DNA from: Bacteroidota bacterium
Lineage (GTDB): Bacteria > Bacteroidota > Bacteroidia > NS11-12g > UBA9320
Reading direction: 5' to 3'
Assembly: GCA_947468275.1 (NCBI GenBank)
Contig: CANIKO010000010.1
Span: 13,114 to 77,113 of the forward strand
Length of the DNA: 64,000 bases
Shown here piece after piece: positions 39,173-50,221 of this stretch (within the stretch, counting starts at the first letter, position 1; every line of letters starts with the position of its first letter). The notes beneath the pieces are model-generated. The model made no database searches, had not been told where the DNA came from, and saw only the letters and a list, made by a program, of their open reading frames with translations. The position numbers were made by a program, and so were the translations under genes.

Positions 39173-42100
39173 TTATTTTATAACAGAAACTTTACGGGTA
39201 GTTTGTCTACCGTTAGTTAAGATTCTTACAGTGTATAATCCGTTAGCCTCATTGCTAAGGTCAATGGTTTGAACACCATTTTGACCATGAATAGCATTGA
39301 TTTGAGCAACCAAAGTACCAGTAGCATTATAAACTTGTACATCCATAGTTTCTGGAGTAGCAAAGTTGTAGCTGATATTTACTAAACCTTTAGAAGGATT
39401 AGGGAATACATTGATAGTTTTTTCTAAATCCATAGAAGCAACACTTCCTTGAATTGTAGGGAACATGCGGCTTACCCAGATATTTCTTTCGTAAGGTGCA
39501 CTCCAGTTACCGCTCAAGTCAGAAACTCGGAACGTAACAGAGTATAGACCTTCAGCATATGTATTAAGGTTATTGCTTATTACGATTAAACGTGGACGCA
39601 AAACAGAAGGAGCATCATAGTTATCTGTAATAGTTAAACCAGCAGAAGCATCTACAGTAGAGAATAATCCAACGTTCATGGCAGAACCATTAATAACAGG
39701 AGCATCCATATCTACTACTCTCACCCAACGGTTACGAATAGTTATATTACCACTACCATCAGTTGCAGTATAAACATCACTGTATTTTCCTAATTTGTAA
39801 GGATTAACATTGCTTGTTTTTGTTAAAGATACTTGAGAGTTATCATAGTAGTTATCACCAGTACTTGCTTGAACAGAAGCATATGCTTTATTAACTGGCC
39901 AAATAACGGTATCAGAAGTGTTTAAGTTAATTGTTGGTCCAACATAATCGTCAACGATGTATTTGTAAGTTTGAGTAACAGCTTTGTTACCTGAGATATC
40001 AGTTGCATTGTAAACCATTGGGTAAGTTCCTTTGAAACGTGTATCTACAGTACCTGATGTTCCTGGAGTTACAACTAAAGTTGGGTTATCATAATTATCG
40101 GATACTTTAGTACGGTCAATAAAGATAGAAATGATTTGCACTTTTACCTCGCTGTTTACATCTGCATCAGAATTAGCTATAACAGGTTTTTGAGAGTCAC
40201 GTACAATAACAATACGCACTTTTACTGCTTGATTACCAGCCACGTCATTAACAACATAATTAAGCTTGTAAGTTCCTAAAACGCTAGAATTAACTGAACC
40301 TTGAATTACAATAGCATTGGTAATGTTACCATCTTTGTTATCCATAGCTTTAGCGCCATCTTCAGTATAGGTACCGAAAACTTCCACAAAAACTGTATCA
40401 CTACCGTTAAGTGTAAGTGCTGGTTTGGTTTGATCTTTTACTACATAAACCACACGAGTTACAGGCACGGCAGCATTTCCACCAGCATCTACAACACTAT
40501 AGGTAACATAATATACACCAGTAAAAGCCATATCCACATCTGAAGTTTTGGTAATATTAATACTAATATCACCTTCTGTAGGATCAATAGCTGTAGCACC
40601 GTATTCAGTATAAGTAGAACCTACTTCTAGGTGAAGAGTATCTTTGTTGATAAGTTTTAATACCGGAGGTTTGCCATCATTTACAAGATAAATTTTATAA
40701 TCTTCAAACTCACCGATACGGTTGGCATTATTAACACCACTCGCAGCACCACAAGGTTTGTTAGGGTCTGTTGAATAACTAGTACCAATTCTCATTCTAG
40801 TTTTGCCTAAGAAAGCAACGGTTGAGTTAGGTACAGTAAAATTAGCTGAGAAAGAAGCGGTTTTGGCAGTAGCTTCTGAAGCTACTTCTTCACCTGCATC
40901 ATCAAAATCACCGTCAATATTGTAATCAATCCACACCTTACGGCTCATTGGGTTAATGTTAGTTGCGCGGCTAGTAAAGATGGTATAAGTACCACCATAA
41001 GTTAGATCGGCAGAAAGGCTAGTATTGGTATAATCATCATAACCTTGAGAGTTATTACCTGAAGTGTTATCAATTAGAACAACATTTTTATTATTTGATA
41101 ATTTCACATTGTTAATAGCAACATCCGTAGATGAAGAAACACCTAATAAAGGAGTGCAATGTTCAACTACAATTTCATAATCTGCTTTAATATTAGAAGC
41201 TACAGTAGCAGCAGAATCTAAACTATTCCAACCTTTAAGAGAAACAGTGTATTTTCCTTTAGCATTAAATTTAACCGTAGCAACTCCCCATGCGTCTTGA
41301 GTTAATATTTGCACAGTACTGGCTGGGAAGAAACTCCATATAAATTTATTGGCTTTTATCGCTTTATTTTTTAGTGGGCAGAAAGGAGTAAGAGTTACTA
41401 TTTCACCCGTAGTTGGACGACGGTTGCTGCTAGTAAAATCTAATTCCGCTTTTTTATGTGGAGTTACCACAACTACAGATTTTGTAAATGAACTATGACC
41501 TACACAAGTGGTAGCATCCAAGTTTACATCATATTTATTATCGGTTAAAAGAGCATAATCCAAATTTTTGCCATACCCTACTTGACCATATCCTGGTTCG
41601 ATATCCCATATATAATCGGTTTTACCCATTACATTTTGAGACGTGTTGGTGTATGTATAACTAATAGGGTTATAAAGTGTATCAGGAACAGTAAAGCTTG
41701 CAACAGGCGCAGCAGTTGATCCTTTTTCAGTAGTCCAGCTAGCAATAAATCCTGAATCTACACCAGTACCGTTAGTACTGTAATAAAGATACATGGCACC
41801 TGAGGTTGCTACGATTGTAGTACCCATTGGTGAAACGCCTGCAGTAAATCCAAGACCTGGATGTAATGGTGTTCCTCCAGCATCGGTTCCATCATAAATT
41901 TTAAGATAGTCGCCGGCTTGAACTTTGAATTGAGAGAATTTTAGATTTATTTTTTTAGCACCGCAAGGAATAATAGTTGCATAGTCAATACGGTTATTAG
42001 AATAGTTACCTGTTCTTCCGCCGTCATCAAGAATATTACCACTTGATTCATAAATAGGCTGAACTGTACCGGCACCCATGTTATTATCTTTAAAAGGAGT

Positions 42101-43258
42101 ACATCTTACATAAAGGGGTTTACACAACAAACTAGAAGGACCTTGATTGTTTGAAGTTTGCAAACACACAGTATAGTTACCAATTTTATTAAAGAATACA
42201 CTTGGACTAGAGTTGGTATATGGATTATTACCCACTAAGTTAGAATTATATGTTTCAATATCTTGACGAGTTGCAGCCGAGTCGGCCTTGTCGTACATAT
42301 ACCAGCTCCAATAAGTTGGGCCGTTGGTAGAAAGATCTAAGAAATTAACTGTACCAAAACGCTCTACTTCGTTTGTGTTAGATGCAAAATCTACCACTGG
42401 TTTAGAAGATGGGCTAACAATATTAATACATTTTAAAACAGAGTCACGACCTAAACAATTCCAGCTTCTCAAACGAACACAGTTAGTACCTGCAGTTTTA
42501 AAGATATTGGTAGCATCGGTAGTAGTATATTCAATAGAACTGTTATCATCTACGTCCCAAGAGTGACCGATATAGCCGCTTTGGTTATTATTGGTCATTT
42601 TTACAGGAGTTCCAATATAAGCTTGGCTAGCCATGTAAAATCCAGCAGAAAGACTGGTTGAAGTACCAATTTTGATTGTATAATCTTCTGTTTCACCATA
42701 AGAAATACTACGACATGCGTCACCTGCAGCCCAAGCGCCCATTCCATAATATTCACTTCTCACTCTCATGCGGGTAGTTCCTGATACAATACCATTACAA
42801 GCAATTGTGGCAGTTCTAGACTGTACGTTTCCAACACCGTTAGAAATGTCAGACCAACCTGAAGATACCCATTCACCCGCATCATTAAAGTCATAATCTC
42901 CGTTTAAATCTACCCAAACACCAATGTGTATAGGATAAGACGGACCGGTACTAAATGAAAACGTGTAGTTGCCCCCACCGCTTAAAGCGAAAGAAGGTGA
43001 TGATGACATCATTGTGTAACCACCTGAAGTGGTATTACATTGGTCATCCGCTTTGTTAAACAAAACATTAGACCCTTGTTGAACCCTAACTGTACCTACG
43101 TACATTGACCAAGAGGAACAAGGAGAATTGGTTGTAGGAGCCGAGCAATACGGAGATTGCGCATGGCTAAGATTGTAGGCTGAAGAGCCTAACATGCCAA
43201 TAAGGATAAGTAAGTACCCTAACACTTTTGAGTTTTTGAAAGTAATTTTTTGTGTCAT
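39173..43258 (-). CDS. Large surface adhesin-like protein (GEVED-like and DUF5011/HYR-like Ig repeats) with T9SS type A C-terminal sorting domain
   Basis: 1361 aa; signal peptide; CRSISYGETEDY (GEVED-like); repeated ...DNKDGNITNAI...VNDVAGN... Ig-like modules; CTD INVFPNPSKGLVNISY...GLYTVRILTNGRQTTRKVSVIK. Confidence 0.75.
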   Translation of the reverse strand: MTQKITFKNSKVLGYLLILIGMLGSSAYNLSHAQSPYCSAPTTNSPCSSWSMYVGTVRVQQGSNVLFNKADDQCNTTSGGYTMMSSSPSFALSGGGNYTFSFSTGPSYPIHIGVWVDLNGDYDFNDAGEWVSSGWSDISNGVGNVQSRTATIACNGIVSGTTRMRVRSEYYGMGAWAAGDACRSISYGETEDYTIKIGTSTSLSAGFYMASQAYIGTPVKMTNNNQSGYIGHSWDVDDNSSIEYTTTDATNIFKTAGTNCVRLRSWNCLGRDSVLKCINIVSPSSKPVVDFASNTNEVERFGTVNFLDLSTNGPTYWSWYMYDKADSAATRQDIETYNSNLVGNNPYTNSSPSVFFNKIGNYTVCLQTSNNQGPSSLLCKPLYVRCTPFKDNNMGAGTVQPIYESSGNILDDGGRTGNYSNNRIDYATIIPCGAKKINLKFSQFKVQAGDYLKIYDGTDAGGTPLHPGLGFTAGVSPMGTTIVATSGAMYLYYSTNGTGVDSGFIASWTTEKGSTAAPVASFTVPDTLYNPISYTYTNTSQNVMGKTDYIWDIEPGYGQVGYGKNLDYALLTDNKYDVNLDATTCVGHSSFTKSVVVVTPHKKAELDFTSSNRRPTTGEIVTLTPFCPLKNKAIKANKFIWSFFPASTVQILTQDAWGVATVKFNAKGKYTVSLKGWNSLDSAATVASNIKADYEIVVEHCTPLLGVSSSTDVAINNVKLSNNKNVVLIDNTSGNNSQGYDDYTNTSLSADLTYGGTYTIFTSRATNINPMSRKVWIDYNIDGDFDDAGEEVASEATAKTASFSANFTVPNSTVAFLGKTRMRIGTSYSTDPNKPCGAASGVNNANRIGEFEDYKIYLVNDGKPPVLKLINKDTLHLEVGSTYTEYGATAIDPTEGDISINITKTSDVDMAFTGVYYVTYSVVDAGGNAAVPVTRVVYVVKDQTKPALTLNGSDTVFVEVFGTYTEDGAKAMDNKDGNITNAIVIQGSVNSSVLGTYKLNYVVNDVAGNQAVKVRIVIVRDSQKPVIANSDADVNSEVKVQIISIFIDRTKVSDNYDNPTLVVTPGTSGTVDTRFKGTYPMVYNATDISGNKAVTQTYKYIVDDYVGPTINLNTSDTVIWPVNKAYASVQASTGDNYYDNSQVSLTKTSNVNPYKLGKYSDVYTATDGSGNITIRNRWVRVVDMDAPVINGSAMNVGLFSTVDASAGLTITDNYDAPSVLRPRLIVISNNLNTYAEGLYSVTFRVSDLSGNWSAPYERNIWVSRMFPTIQGSVASMDLEKTINVFPNPSKGLVNISYNFATPETMDVQVYNATGTLVAQINAIHGQNGVQTIDLSNEANGLYTVRILTNGRQTTRKVSVIK

Positions 43259-43426
43259 ATAAGTTGTTATTATAAAAATTAATTTTTACAGCTTTCAAAC
43301 ATATGAATTCTGTTGATATATTTGACCGTTACTTAATGAATGGTTGCAAAAGATTTCTAAAATTAATTTTGATTAGAATGTAATAGCTTGATATTCAGTA
43401 ATATTTAATTTATTTATGACATAAAA

Positions 43427-46400
43427 ATGATACTAAATCCCGCACAAAATAAGGCTGTAGAAGCAATTGATGGTCCATTAATGACAATCGCTGGTCCAGG
43501 AACTGGCAAAACACAACTTTTAAGTGCTAGAGTTAAGAGTATTTTAGAAAAAACGGATTTACATGCCGAAAATATACTTTGTCTCACGTTTACTGATGCT
43601 GCCGCTGTGGCTATGAGAAAACGACTCATTGATTTTATGAAGGCAAATGCACACCGGGTTCCAATTTTTACCTTCCATTCATTTTGCCAAAAAGTAATTA
43701 CGGATTATCAAAATGAACTTGGTATACAATCGCTAGAGCCTATTTCGGAATTAGAAACCATTCAATTCTATAATAAGATTATAGACAATTTTGAATTTGG
43801 CAATCCCCTTAAAAATTATAAACTGCCATATGTTTATCGAAAAAATTTAGTGGAATTGAATCGCTTGTTAAAGCAGGAGCGGATAACAAAAGAGCAGCTT
43901 TTTGATATAATTGATAAACAAATGGAAGAATTGCCTTTTAATGAAAAGGTATTGTATAAAAGGGCTTATAAAGGAAATAAGGCTGGTGATGTAAATAAAA
44001 ACAATTACGATAAAGAACTTGATAAGCTAAACAAATTAAAAGCGGCTACCGAAGCCTGTTATAGTTATCGCCAAAAATTATCAGAAAATGGCCGCTACGA
44101 TTTTGATGATATGATTCTTTGGGTTATTCAATTTTTGAAAGACAATGAATTTGCGCTGCTTCGATATCAAGAGCAATATCTATATATAATGGTGGATGAA
44201 TATCAGGATACCAACAAGGCACAAAATGAATTGATGCTTTTGTTGGCTTCGTATTGGGAAAGTCCGAATCTTATGGTGGTGGGTGATGACGACCAATCCA
44301 TTTATAGGTTTCAGGGAGCCAATGTAGAAAACCTACATGATTTTAAAAGTCGGTTTGCTAAAGATTTACTTGAAGTGGTGTTAAGTGAAAATTACCGTTC
44401 ATCGCAAGCCATACTAGATTCGTCAAGTGCGGTAATTAATATTAATACAACACGACTTATTGCCGATAAAAAATTAGAATCGAAAAGTAATAAACTTTTA
44501 TCCAATGAAGCGCCATTAGTTATTGAATGCACCAATCAGTTGTATGAAACTGCATATATTGTAAATGAAATAAGTAAGGCATTAAATAAAGGTGTCCCTT
44601 TGTCTGAAATAGCTGTGATTTATAGAAATCACAGTCAGGTTGACTATTTAAAGACGTATTTAAGCCTAAAAAATATTCCCTTTTATCTTAAGAAAAGAAC
44701 AGACATTCTTAGCATGCCGTTCATTTCCAATATTATTGAATTGCTATATTATATAAAGGATGAAAAAGCCAAATCTTACTCAGGTGAGCATCGATTGTTT
44801 AAAATTTTGCACTATGATTTTTGGGAAATAGCCCCGGCCGATTTGGCCAAGTTGGCTTTTTACCTCAAACAAGAGCGATTGCCTTGGCGTGATACTATGA
44901 ATGGCTTAGGCAATAATGAATCTTTGCTTAAAATAATTTCAAATGAGTCGGTACAAAAAATAATAAAGCTGGCTTCGGATATCGAATACTGGATTGGAAA
45001 ATCGTTTAATTTTACGTTGCAGCAATTGCTTGAAAAAGTGATAGCCAAAGGCGGCATTTTATCGTTTGTGCTGCAAGCATCCAACAAGCTATTTATGCTG
45101 CAAGCACTGCAAACATTCTTTGATTCTTTAAAAGAAGAAACCCGAAAAAATCCAACGCTGAGCCTTGAAGATTTTTTGAAAAATATAAAACTAATGCAGG
45201 ACAATGCAATTGCATTGGAGGCCGAAGAAATAATTGAAAAAAGTGATGCTGTAAATTTGCTCACAGCTCATGCCAGTAAAGGGTTGGAATTTGAAATGGT
45301 ATTTGTGATGGGGTGTAATGATAAAATTTGGGATAAAAGCAAAGATCGTTTGCCATTTAATATTCGTGAAGTAATTGTTGGGGCCTCTGCCGATTCGCTT
45401 ACCGAAGAAAACCGCCGCTTGTTTTATGTGGCTTGCACCCGCGCCAAATCGTGGCTGTATGTTACCTATAATAACAAAGATTTAAATTTAAAAGATCTTC
45501 AGGAGTCGTTATTTGTTACCGAGTTTTTACAATCTGAAATTCCTCAAAAAATTAAAGCTGAAATTGACGATGAACAAATCCTAGAGATACAAACGTCTAT
45601 TTTTGGGACGGATACTGCCGACAAGGATTTTGAGCCCATTGACAAGGAGTTCCTAAATAAGTTTACCGAAAACTATGTTTTAAGCGCTACGCATTTAGAT
45701 AATTACTTGGAATGCCCAATAAAATTTTATTATCGCAATTTGTTGCAAATTCCATCGGCCAAAACCGGTCCTTTAAGTTTTGGAAACGCTATACACCGAG
45801 CCTTGGAATTGTTTTTTAAAACCATGTTAAAACATCCGCAAAAACTTTATCCATCCTTGGAACAAATGGTTTTATGGTTTAAACTGGATTTGCAAAAACA
45901 TGCGGATTCGTTTAATAACGAAGATTTAATTCGAACGTTAGAATATGGATCTGAAAAAGTATTGCCACAATTGTATAAAACCTTTTTACCCGAATGGGAA
46001 GAAAATAAAAACCGTGAGCCTGAAAAAAACCTAGTGGACATCGTGGTAAACAATGTTCCGATAAAAGGAAAGTTAGATCAATTGGTATTTCATGATAGTC
46101 ATTCGGTGCATGTAATTGATTTTAAAACCGGGAAATTTAGCAGCGAAAAAAAGAAAACACTTTTGCCGCCGGTAATTGGCGTAAACCCTGAAACTGCAAA
46201 ATTTGAAGAATTATATGGAGGTAACTATTGGCGACAAGTAGCGTTTTATCATTTACTCATAAATAATGACCCATTGCATAATTATAAAACCCTTTCGGGC
46301 GAAATGTTTTTTGTAGAACCCGATAACAAAGGAAACTTTAATAGAGAAAAGATTTTTATACAGCCACATGAACATAAATTTATGGAGCAATTGATAGCCG

Positions 46401-46540
46401 AAGTTTATGAAAAAATCAAAAACCATGAGTTTACAAAAGGCTGCGGTGAAAAGGACTGTGAATGGTGTAATTTTAATAGCTACTATTTAAAAAGAGAAAT
46501 TTATAGCAGTGAAGGATTGATGGAAAGCAGTGATGAATAG
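43427..46540 (+). CDS. UvrD-family helicase fused to C-terminal PD-(D/E)xK Fe-S nuclease domain (AddA/AddB/Cas4-like)
   Basis: Motif I AGPGTGKT, motif II VDEYQDT, ...VIDFKTGK nuclease motif, Cys cluster C-x(n)-CGEKDCEWC. Confidence 0.75.
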   Translation: MILNPAQNKAVEAIDGPLMTIAGPGTGKTQLLSARVKSILEKTDLHAENILCLTFTDAAAVAMRKRLIDFMKANAHRVPIFTFHSFCQKVITDYQNELGIQSLEPISELETIQFYNKIIDNFEFGNPLKNYKLPYVYRKNLVELNRLLKQERITKEQLFDIIDKQMEELPFNEKVLYKRAYKGNKAGDVNKNNYDKELDKLNKLKAATEACYSYRQKLSENGRYDFDDMILWVIQFLKDNEFALLRYQEQYLYIMVDEYQDTNKAQNELMLLLASYWESPNLMVVGDDDQSIYRFQGANVENLHDFKSRFAKDLLEVVLSENYRSSQAILDSSSAVININTTRLIADKKLESKSNKLLSNEAPLVIECTNQLYETAYIVNEISKALNKGVPLSEIAVIYRNHSQVDYLKTYLSLKNIPFYLKKRTDILSMPFISNIIELLYYIKDEKAKSYSGEHRLFKILHYDFWEIAPADLAKLAFYLKQERLPWRDTMNGLGNNESLLKIISNESVQKIIKLASDIEYWIGKSFNFTLQQLLEKVIAKGGILSFVLQASNKLFMLQALQTFFDSLKEETRKNPTLSLEDFLKNIKLMQDNAIALEAEEIIEKSDAVNLLTAHASKGLEFEMVFVMGCNDKIWDKSKDRLPFNIREVIVGASADSLTEENRRLFYVACTRAKSWLYVTYNNKDLNLKDLQESLFVTEFLQSEIPQKIKAEIDDEQILEIQTSIFGTDTADKDFEPIDKEFLNKFTENYVLSATHLDNYLECPIKFYYRNLLQIPSAKTGPLSFGNAIHRALELFFKTMLKHPQKLYPSLEQMVLWFKLDLQKHADSFNNEDLIRTLEYGSEKVLPQLYKTFLPEWEENKNREPEKNLVDIVVNNVPIKGKLDQLVFHDSHSVHVIDFKTGKFSSEKKKTLLPPVIGVNPETAKFEELYGGNYWRQVAFYHLLINNDPLHNYKTLSGEMFFVEPDNKGNFNREKIFIQPHEHKFMEQLIAEVYEKIKNHEFTKGCGEKDCEWCNFNSYYLKREIYSSEGLMESSDE

Positions 46541-46634
46541 TTGGTTTTAACTATTTGACAAAAAACAAATCCGCCCGTCTCATGTTCACTATTAAAACAA
46601 TTATTATATCTTTGTAGAATAATTCTAAATAACG

Positions 46635-47198
46635 ATGGAATCAATTGATTTAGTAAACGTATATGCCGAAGCTACTCCCAATCCGGGCAGCATGAAATTT
46701 GTAATTAACCGTATGATTTGTCCTAACGAAAGTGTGGATTTTCGTAAGGCAGAAGAAGTTAAAAGCAGCCCGTTGGCCACCGCATTATTTGAGTATCCTT
46801 ATGTAAAAGGAATTTTTATAATGAACAATTTTATAACTATTACCAAAACTGAAGAGCACGAATGGGTGGATGTGATATCTGAAATGCGCCAGTTTTTGAA
46901 AGATTATATTGAAGCAGGAAAAGTAGTGTTGGAAAAAAGGACCGATCTTACTGAAGAAGAAGAAACGGAAGTTATTACCAAAATAAAAAAATTATTGGAT
47001 GATCATGTAAGGCCAGCTGTGGAAATGGATGGTGGTGCTATTGATTTCAAAAAATTTGAACACGGTGTGGTAACAGTTACCATGAAAGGTTCGTGCAGTG
47101 GATGTCCTTCATCTACTTTAACCCTAAAAGCCGGAATTGAGAATTTGTTAAAACGCATGGTTCCTGAAGTGGAAGCCGTAGAAGCTGAAGCAGTTTAG
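46635..47198 (+). CDS. NifU/Nfu-family Fe-S cluster scaffold protein
   Basis: Nfu N-domain plus C-terminal NifU motif GSCSGCPSSTLTLKAGIE. Confidence 0.8.
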   Translation: MESIDLVNVYAEATPNPGSMKFVINRMICPNESVDFRKAEEVKSSPLATALFEYPYVKGIFIMNNFITITKTEEHEWVDVISEMRQFLKDYIEAGKVVLEKRTDLTEEEETEVITKIKKLLDDHVRPAVEMDGGAIDFKKFEHGVVTVTMKGSCSGCPSSTLTLKAGIENLLKRMVPEVEAVEAEAV

Positions 47199-47287
47199 GA
47201 AGGAACGGGTTATTAAGTTAGAAGGGGTTATTAAGTTATTTGTTATTGGAAATAATATTCGGAGTAACTCAATAACCCAATAACAAA

Positions 47288-49246
47288 TTACCGAATCAAA
47301 TGAACAATTCCTCTTTGGAAATTCATATTCCCTTTGGAGCAATTTGATTTTACATTAAGACTCCAAATATACACTCCGTTTTCACACAGTTTATTTTCAA
47401 AATAGCCGTTCCAGGCCGCATTTGGGTCGGTGGTGTCAAATAATTTTTGCCCCCATCGGTCAAATACCAAAAACCGGTAATAATTATAGCTTTGGATATC
47501 TGAAACGGGTTTGAAGCTTACATTTATATTATCATTTTCGCCTGGAGTAAATGCATTAGGAATCCAAACATTGCCGGCACCTTCATATACTTTAACCACT
47601 GCACTGTCGGAAGCTTTAAAATTACACAACTTATCGCGAACGGTTACCTTATATGTGCCGGAGGTAGATATATAAATGGTAGAACTTGTTTCACCTGTAC
47701 TCCACTTTGTGGCATAATTAACTGTATCGCGTATTCCGGTTCTCAAACTCACAGTATCATTTTCGCAAATTTCAAGTAAGGGGTTTCCAATATTTACGGT
47801 AAGTAGTTTTCGTTGTGCAATAGTAATAGTATCGCGGTTGGAACAATTTTTATTAATTGACAAAACACTGTATGGCCCAGGTTTTACAACATGAATCCGA
47901 ATGGTAGTATCGCCCGTGTTCCAAATATATTTTGAAGCAATTTCTTTGGCACTAAGTATTAAATCTACCTGCCCACAAACGGTAGTGTCTTTTCCGAGAT
48001 TAATTTTGGGCAATGGTTCAAGGGTCAGGATAATGCTATCTCTTTTTTTACACCCTCCTTTATCTATTTCAAGCCAATAGATTCCTGGTTTTTTAGCCAT
48101 AATCGTATCACCGGTAGAACCATCCGACCATAAATAACTATCAAAGATTCTATTTTTAACTTCTAATTTCTTAATTAGTGAATCGCCACAAAAAGCAGTG
48201 TCTTGGCCTAAAGAAATTTCCTTTACCCCTGGTAATATTTTTTTCTTAGCTATAAAACTTCCGCAATCGGTAAATATTTCAACTTCGTAGGTTCCGAATG
48301 CGGTAACTTTTATTTTTTGAGCGGTATCGTTTTTTATAACAATGTTTCCTCCTTTGATATCGGTTCCCTTCCATTTTACTTTTCGGGTGGGGTTGCCGGC
48401 ATCCAGTTCTAAATCAAAATTTTCTGCACAAATAAAGGTGTCTCGGCCAAGGCGGGTTTTGTGCTGAAAACTTCCGGCTTCAATAAAGACATAGGAATCC
48501 AATAATGGGTCGCCAACATCTGCAATGGCTAATTTTATTGTATATGTTTTACAGGGTTCTAATTTTAAATTAGCTTTTAAAATAGTGGTGTATCCATCGG
48601 CTTGCAAAGTCTTTTCTCCTAAATAATTATATCGGAAATATTGTGTATTTCGCTTTTGATTTATATTGTCAATACTTACCGGAAGGGTTTTTCCTGGAAC
48701 CAATGCAACATTTTGTTCTCCAGTAATTCCTGGCCCACTAATAAAAAATCCGAAAATATCGCTCACTCCTTTGTCTACATATTCGATATATTCTTCCGAA
48801 GCAAAAATGTAGTTAAATTCAATATCTTCTGTCTGTGGAATAAAGTCAAACTGAAGTGTTGCCGCATCATAGGTAGGTTGGGATGCATATAAATCTAGCA
48901 AAGCGCTGCCGGATGATTTGACTTCAGAGGTAGAGGAACTTCCTGAATTATTTGGCCCCTTAGCTCCCACAGCGATGCCGCTGGAAAGTATAATTCCAGC
49001 TTCCATTTGTAATTTGGACTCCATTCCGTTTTCAAAAAAACCGCAGGAACGTTTGTATCCAGTAAAAACAATATTATTCGTGGTAATGCCTTTTCCTACT
49101 AACACATTAGTTACTAAAATATAAGGAGCAGCTTCGCCAATTATTATTTGCGAATGGACAAAAAAAGACACCAACAGTAAAACTATTGTGACACTAAATT
49201 TGCGCAGCCATATAAACAGATTATTCACAGTGATTTGAATATACAA
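47288..49246 (-). CDS. Secreted protein (choice-of-anchor-like N-domain) with T9SS type B (CHU_C) C-terminal domain
   Basis: CTD NVWIPNAFTPGENDNINVSF...VFDRWGQKLF...WNGYF...GVYIWSL...RGIVHLIR. Confidence 0.7.
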   Translation of the reverse strand: MYIQITVNNLFIWLRKFSVTIVLLLVSFFVHSQIIIGEAAPYILVTNVLVGKGITTNNIVFTGYKRSCGFFENGMESKLQMEAGIILSSGIAVGAKGPNNSGSSSTSEVKSSGSALLDLYASQPTYDAATLQFDFIPQTEDIEFNYIFASEEYIEYVDKGVSDIFGFFISGPGITGEQNVALVPGKTLPVSIDNINQKRNTQYFRYNYLGEKTLQADGYTTILKANLKLEPCKTYTIKLAIADVGDPLLDSYVFIEAGSFQHKTRLGRDTFICAENFDLELDAGNPTRKVKWKGTDIKGGNIVIKNDTAQKIKVTAFGTYEVEIFTDCGSFIAKKKILPGVKEISLGQDTAFCGDSLIKKLEVKNRIFDSYLWSDGSTGDTIMAKKPGIYWLEIDKGGCKKRDSIILTLEPLPKINLGKDTTVCGQVDLILSAKEIASKYIWNTGDTTIRIHVVKPGPYSVLSINKNCSNRDTITIAQRKLLTVNIGNPLLEICENDTVSLRTGIRDTVNYATKWSTGETSSTIYISTSGTYKVTVRDKLCNFKASDSAVVKVYEGAGNVWIPNAFTPGENDNINVSFKPVSDIQSYNYYRFLVFDRWGQKLFDTTDPNAAWNGYFENKLCENGVYIWSLNVKSNCSKGNMNFQRGIVHLIR

Positions 49247-49379
49247 AGAAACGTTAATTTTAGTTTAAATAAATGATGCGACCCATTCATAAATGCACTG
49301 CATATTGAATTATTGCAATTATTGTACATAATTGTGTTCAAACTATTCTGAATATGCATAAAAAAAGTATGTTTGTAAT

Positions 49380-50039
49380 ATGAAAAAAATATTTACTCTT
49401 ATTGGACTGTTAATTTGTTTGAATAGTTACTCGCAATCTGTATTTGTGCCGGCATCGGCCTACAATTCTCATTTTTGTTCTGAATTTGATATTACTGTTC
49501 ACAGTAAATTTACCAATAAGTTTGTTACTAATAAACTTGAATTTATAAGAATTCAAAAAACGGTAACCTCTAATTGGACCACTGCCTATTGTGATTGTGA
49601 ATTGTGTCACGATATAAATACAGATACTGGAAAATTTTCTGTTGCCATTGGCCAAACCTGTGAAACTTCAGCGCATTTTTATCCTGATGGAGCCAAAGGT
49701 ATAGGGTATATAAAAATTAAAGTTTTTCCTGAAGGCGACCCTGCTAATTTTGTAATAGGTGAATACAGTGCTAGCTGCTGGGGTGTTTCGGCCACGTTTA
49801 TCGAAAACCAAAAATTAGCAGTTTCCCCAAATCCTGCCAATACAGTTTTAAACATTGGTTTTGGTGCGGGAGGTGAGTATACCATCAGTATTATAAACAC
49901 CGAAGGAAAAGTAATTGTAAATGAAAAAGTAGAAAATTTAGTAAACACTTTAGATATTTCTAACTTTAACTCAGGCTTATATTCCGTAAAAATAGAAAGT
50001 GCCGGAAAGGTATTTTATTCTAAATTTATAAAGCTTTAA
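49380..50039 (+). CDS. Small secreted protein with T9SS type A C-terminal sorting domain
   Basis: Signal peptide; CTD VSPNPANTVLNIGF...GLYSVKIESAGKVFYSKFIKL. Confidence 0.65.
   Translation: MKKIFTLIGLLICLNSYSQSVFVPASAYNSHFCSEFDITVHSKFTNKFVTNKLEFIRIQKTVTSNWTTAYCDCELCHDINTDTGKFSVAIGQTCETSAHFYPDGAKGIGYIKIKVFPEGDPANFVIGEYSASCWGVSATFIENQKLAVSPNPANTVLNIGFGAGGEYTISIINTEGKVIVNEKVENLVNTLDISNFNSGLYSVKIESAGKVFYSKFIKL
49965..50039 (+). repeat. 75-bp near-identical repeat (CTD 3' end), partner at 54570-54644
   Basis: 1 mismatch over 75 bp while upstream CTD sequence is divergent. Confidence 0.85.
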
Positions 50040-50057
50040 AAAAATAAAATAAGTTAT

Positions 50058-50096
50058 AAAAAAAGAGGTCGGTAGTTTTTACTGACCTCTTTTTTG
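50058..50096 (+). terminator. Rho-independent terminator
   Basis: Hairpin agaggtcggtag-ttttt-actgacctct then T6. Confidence 0.6.
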
Positions 50097-50221
50097 TGAT
50101 TTTTTTTTCTAACTTATTGTTTTAGGAAGAGAAAAAACAGAAACTATAAAATAGTAATCCTTGCAATACCAAAAAAAATAATGTAATCTTTGATAAAAAA
50201 TTAAACTCTAATTAAAAAATT

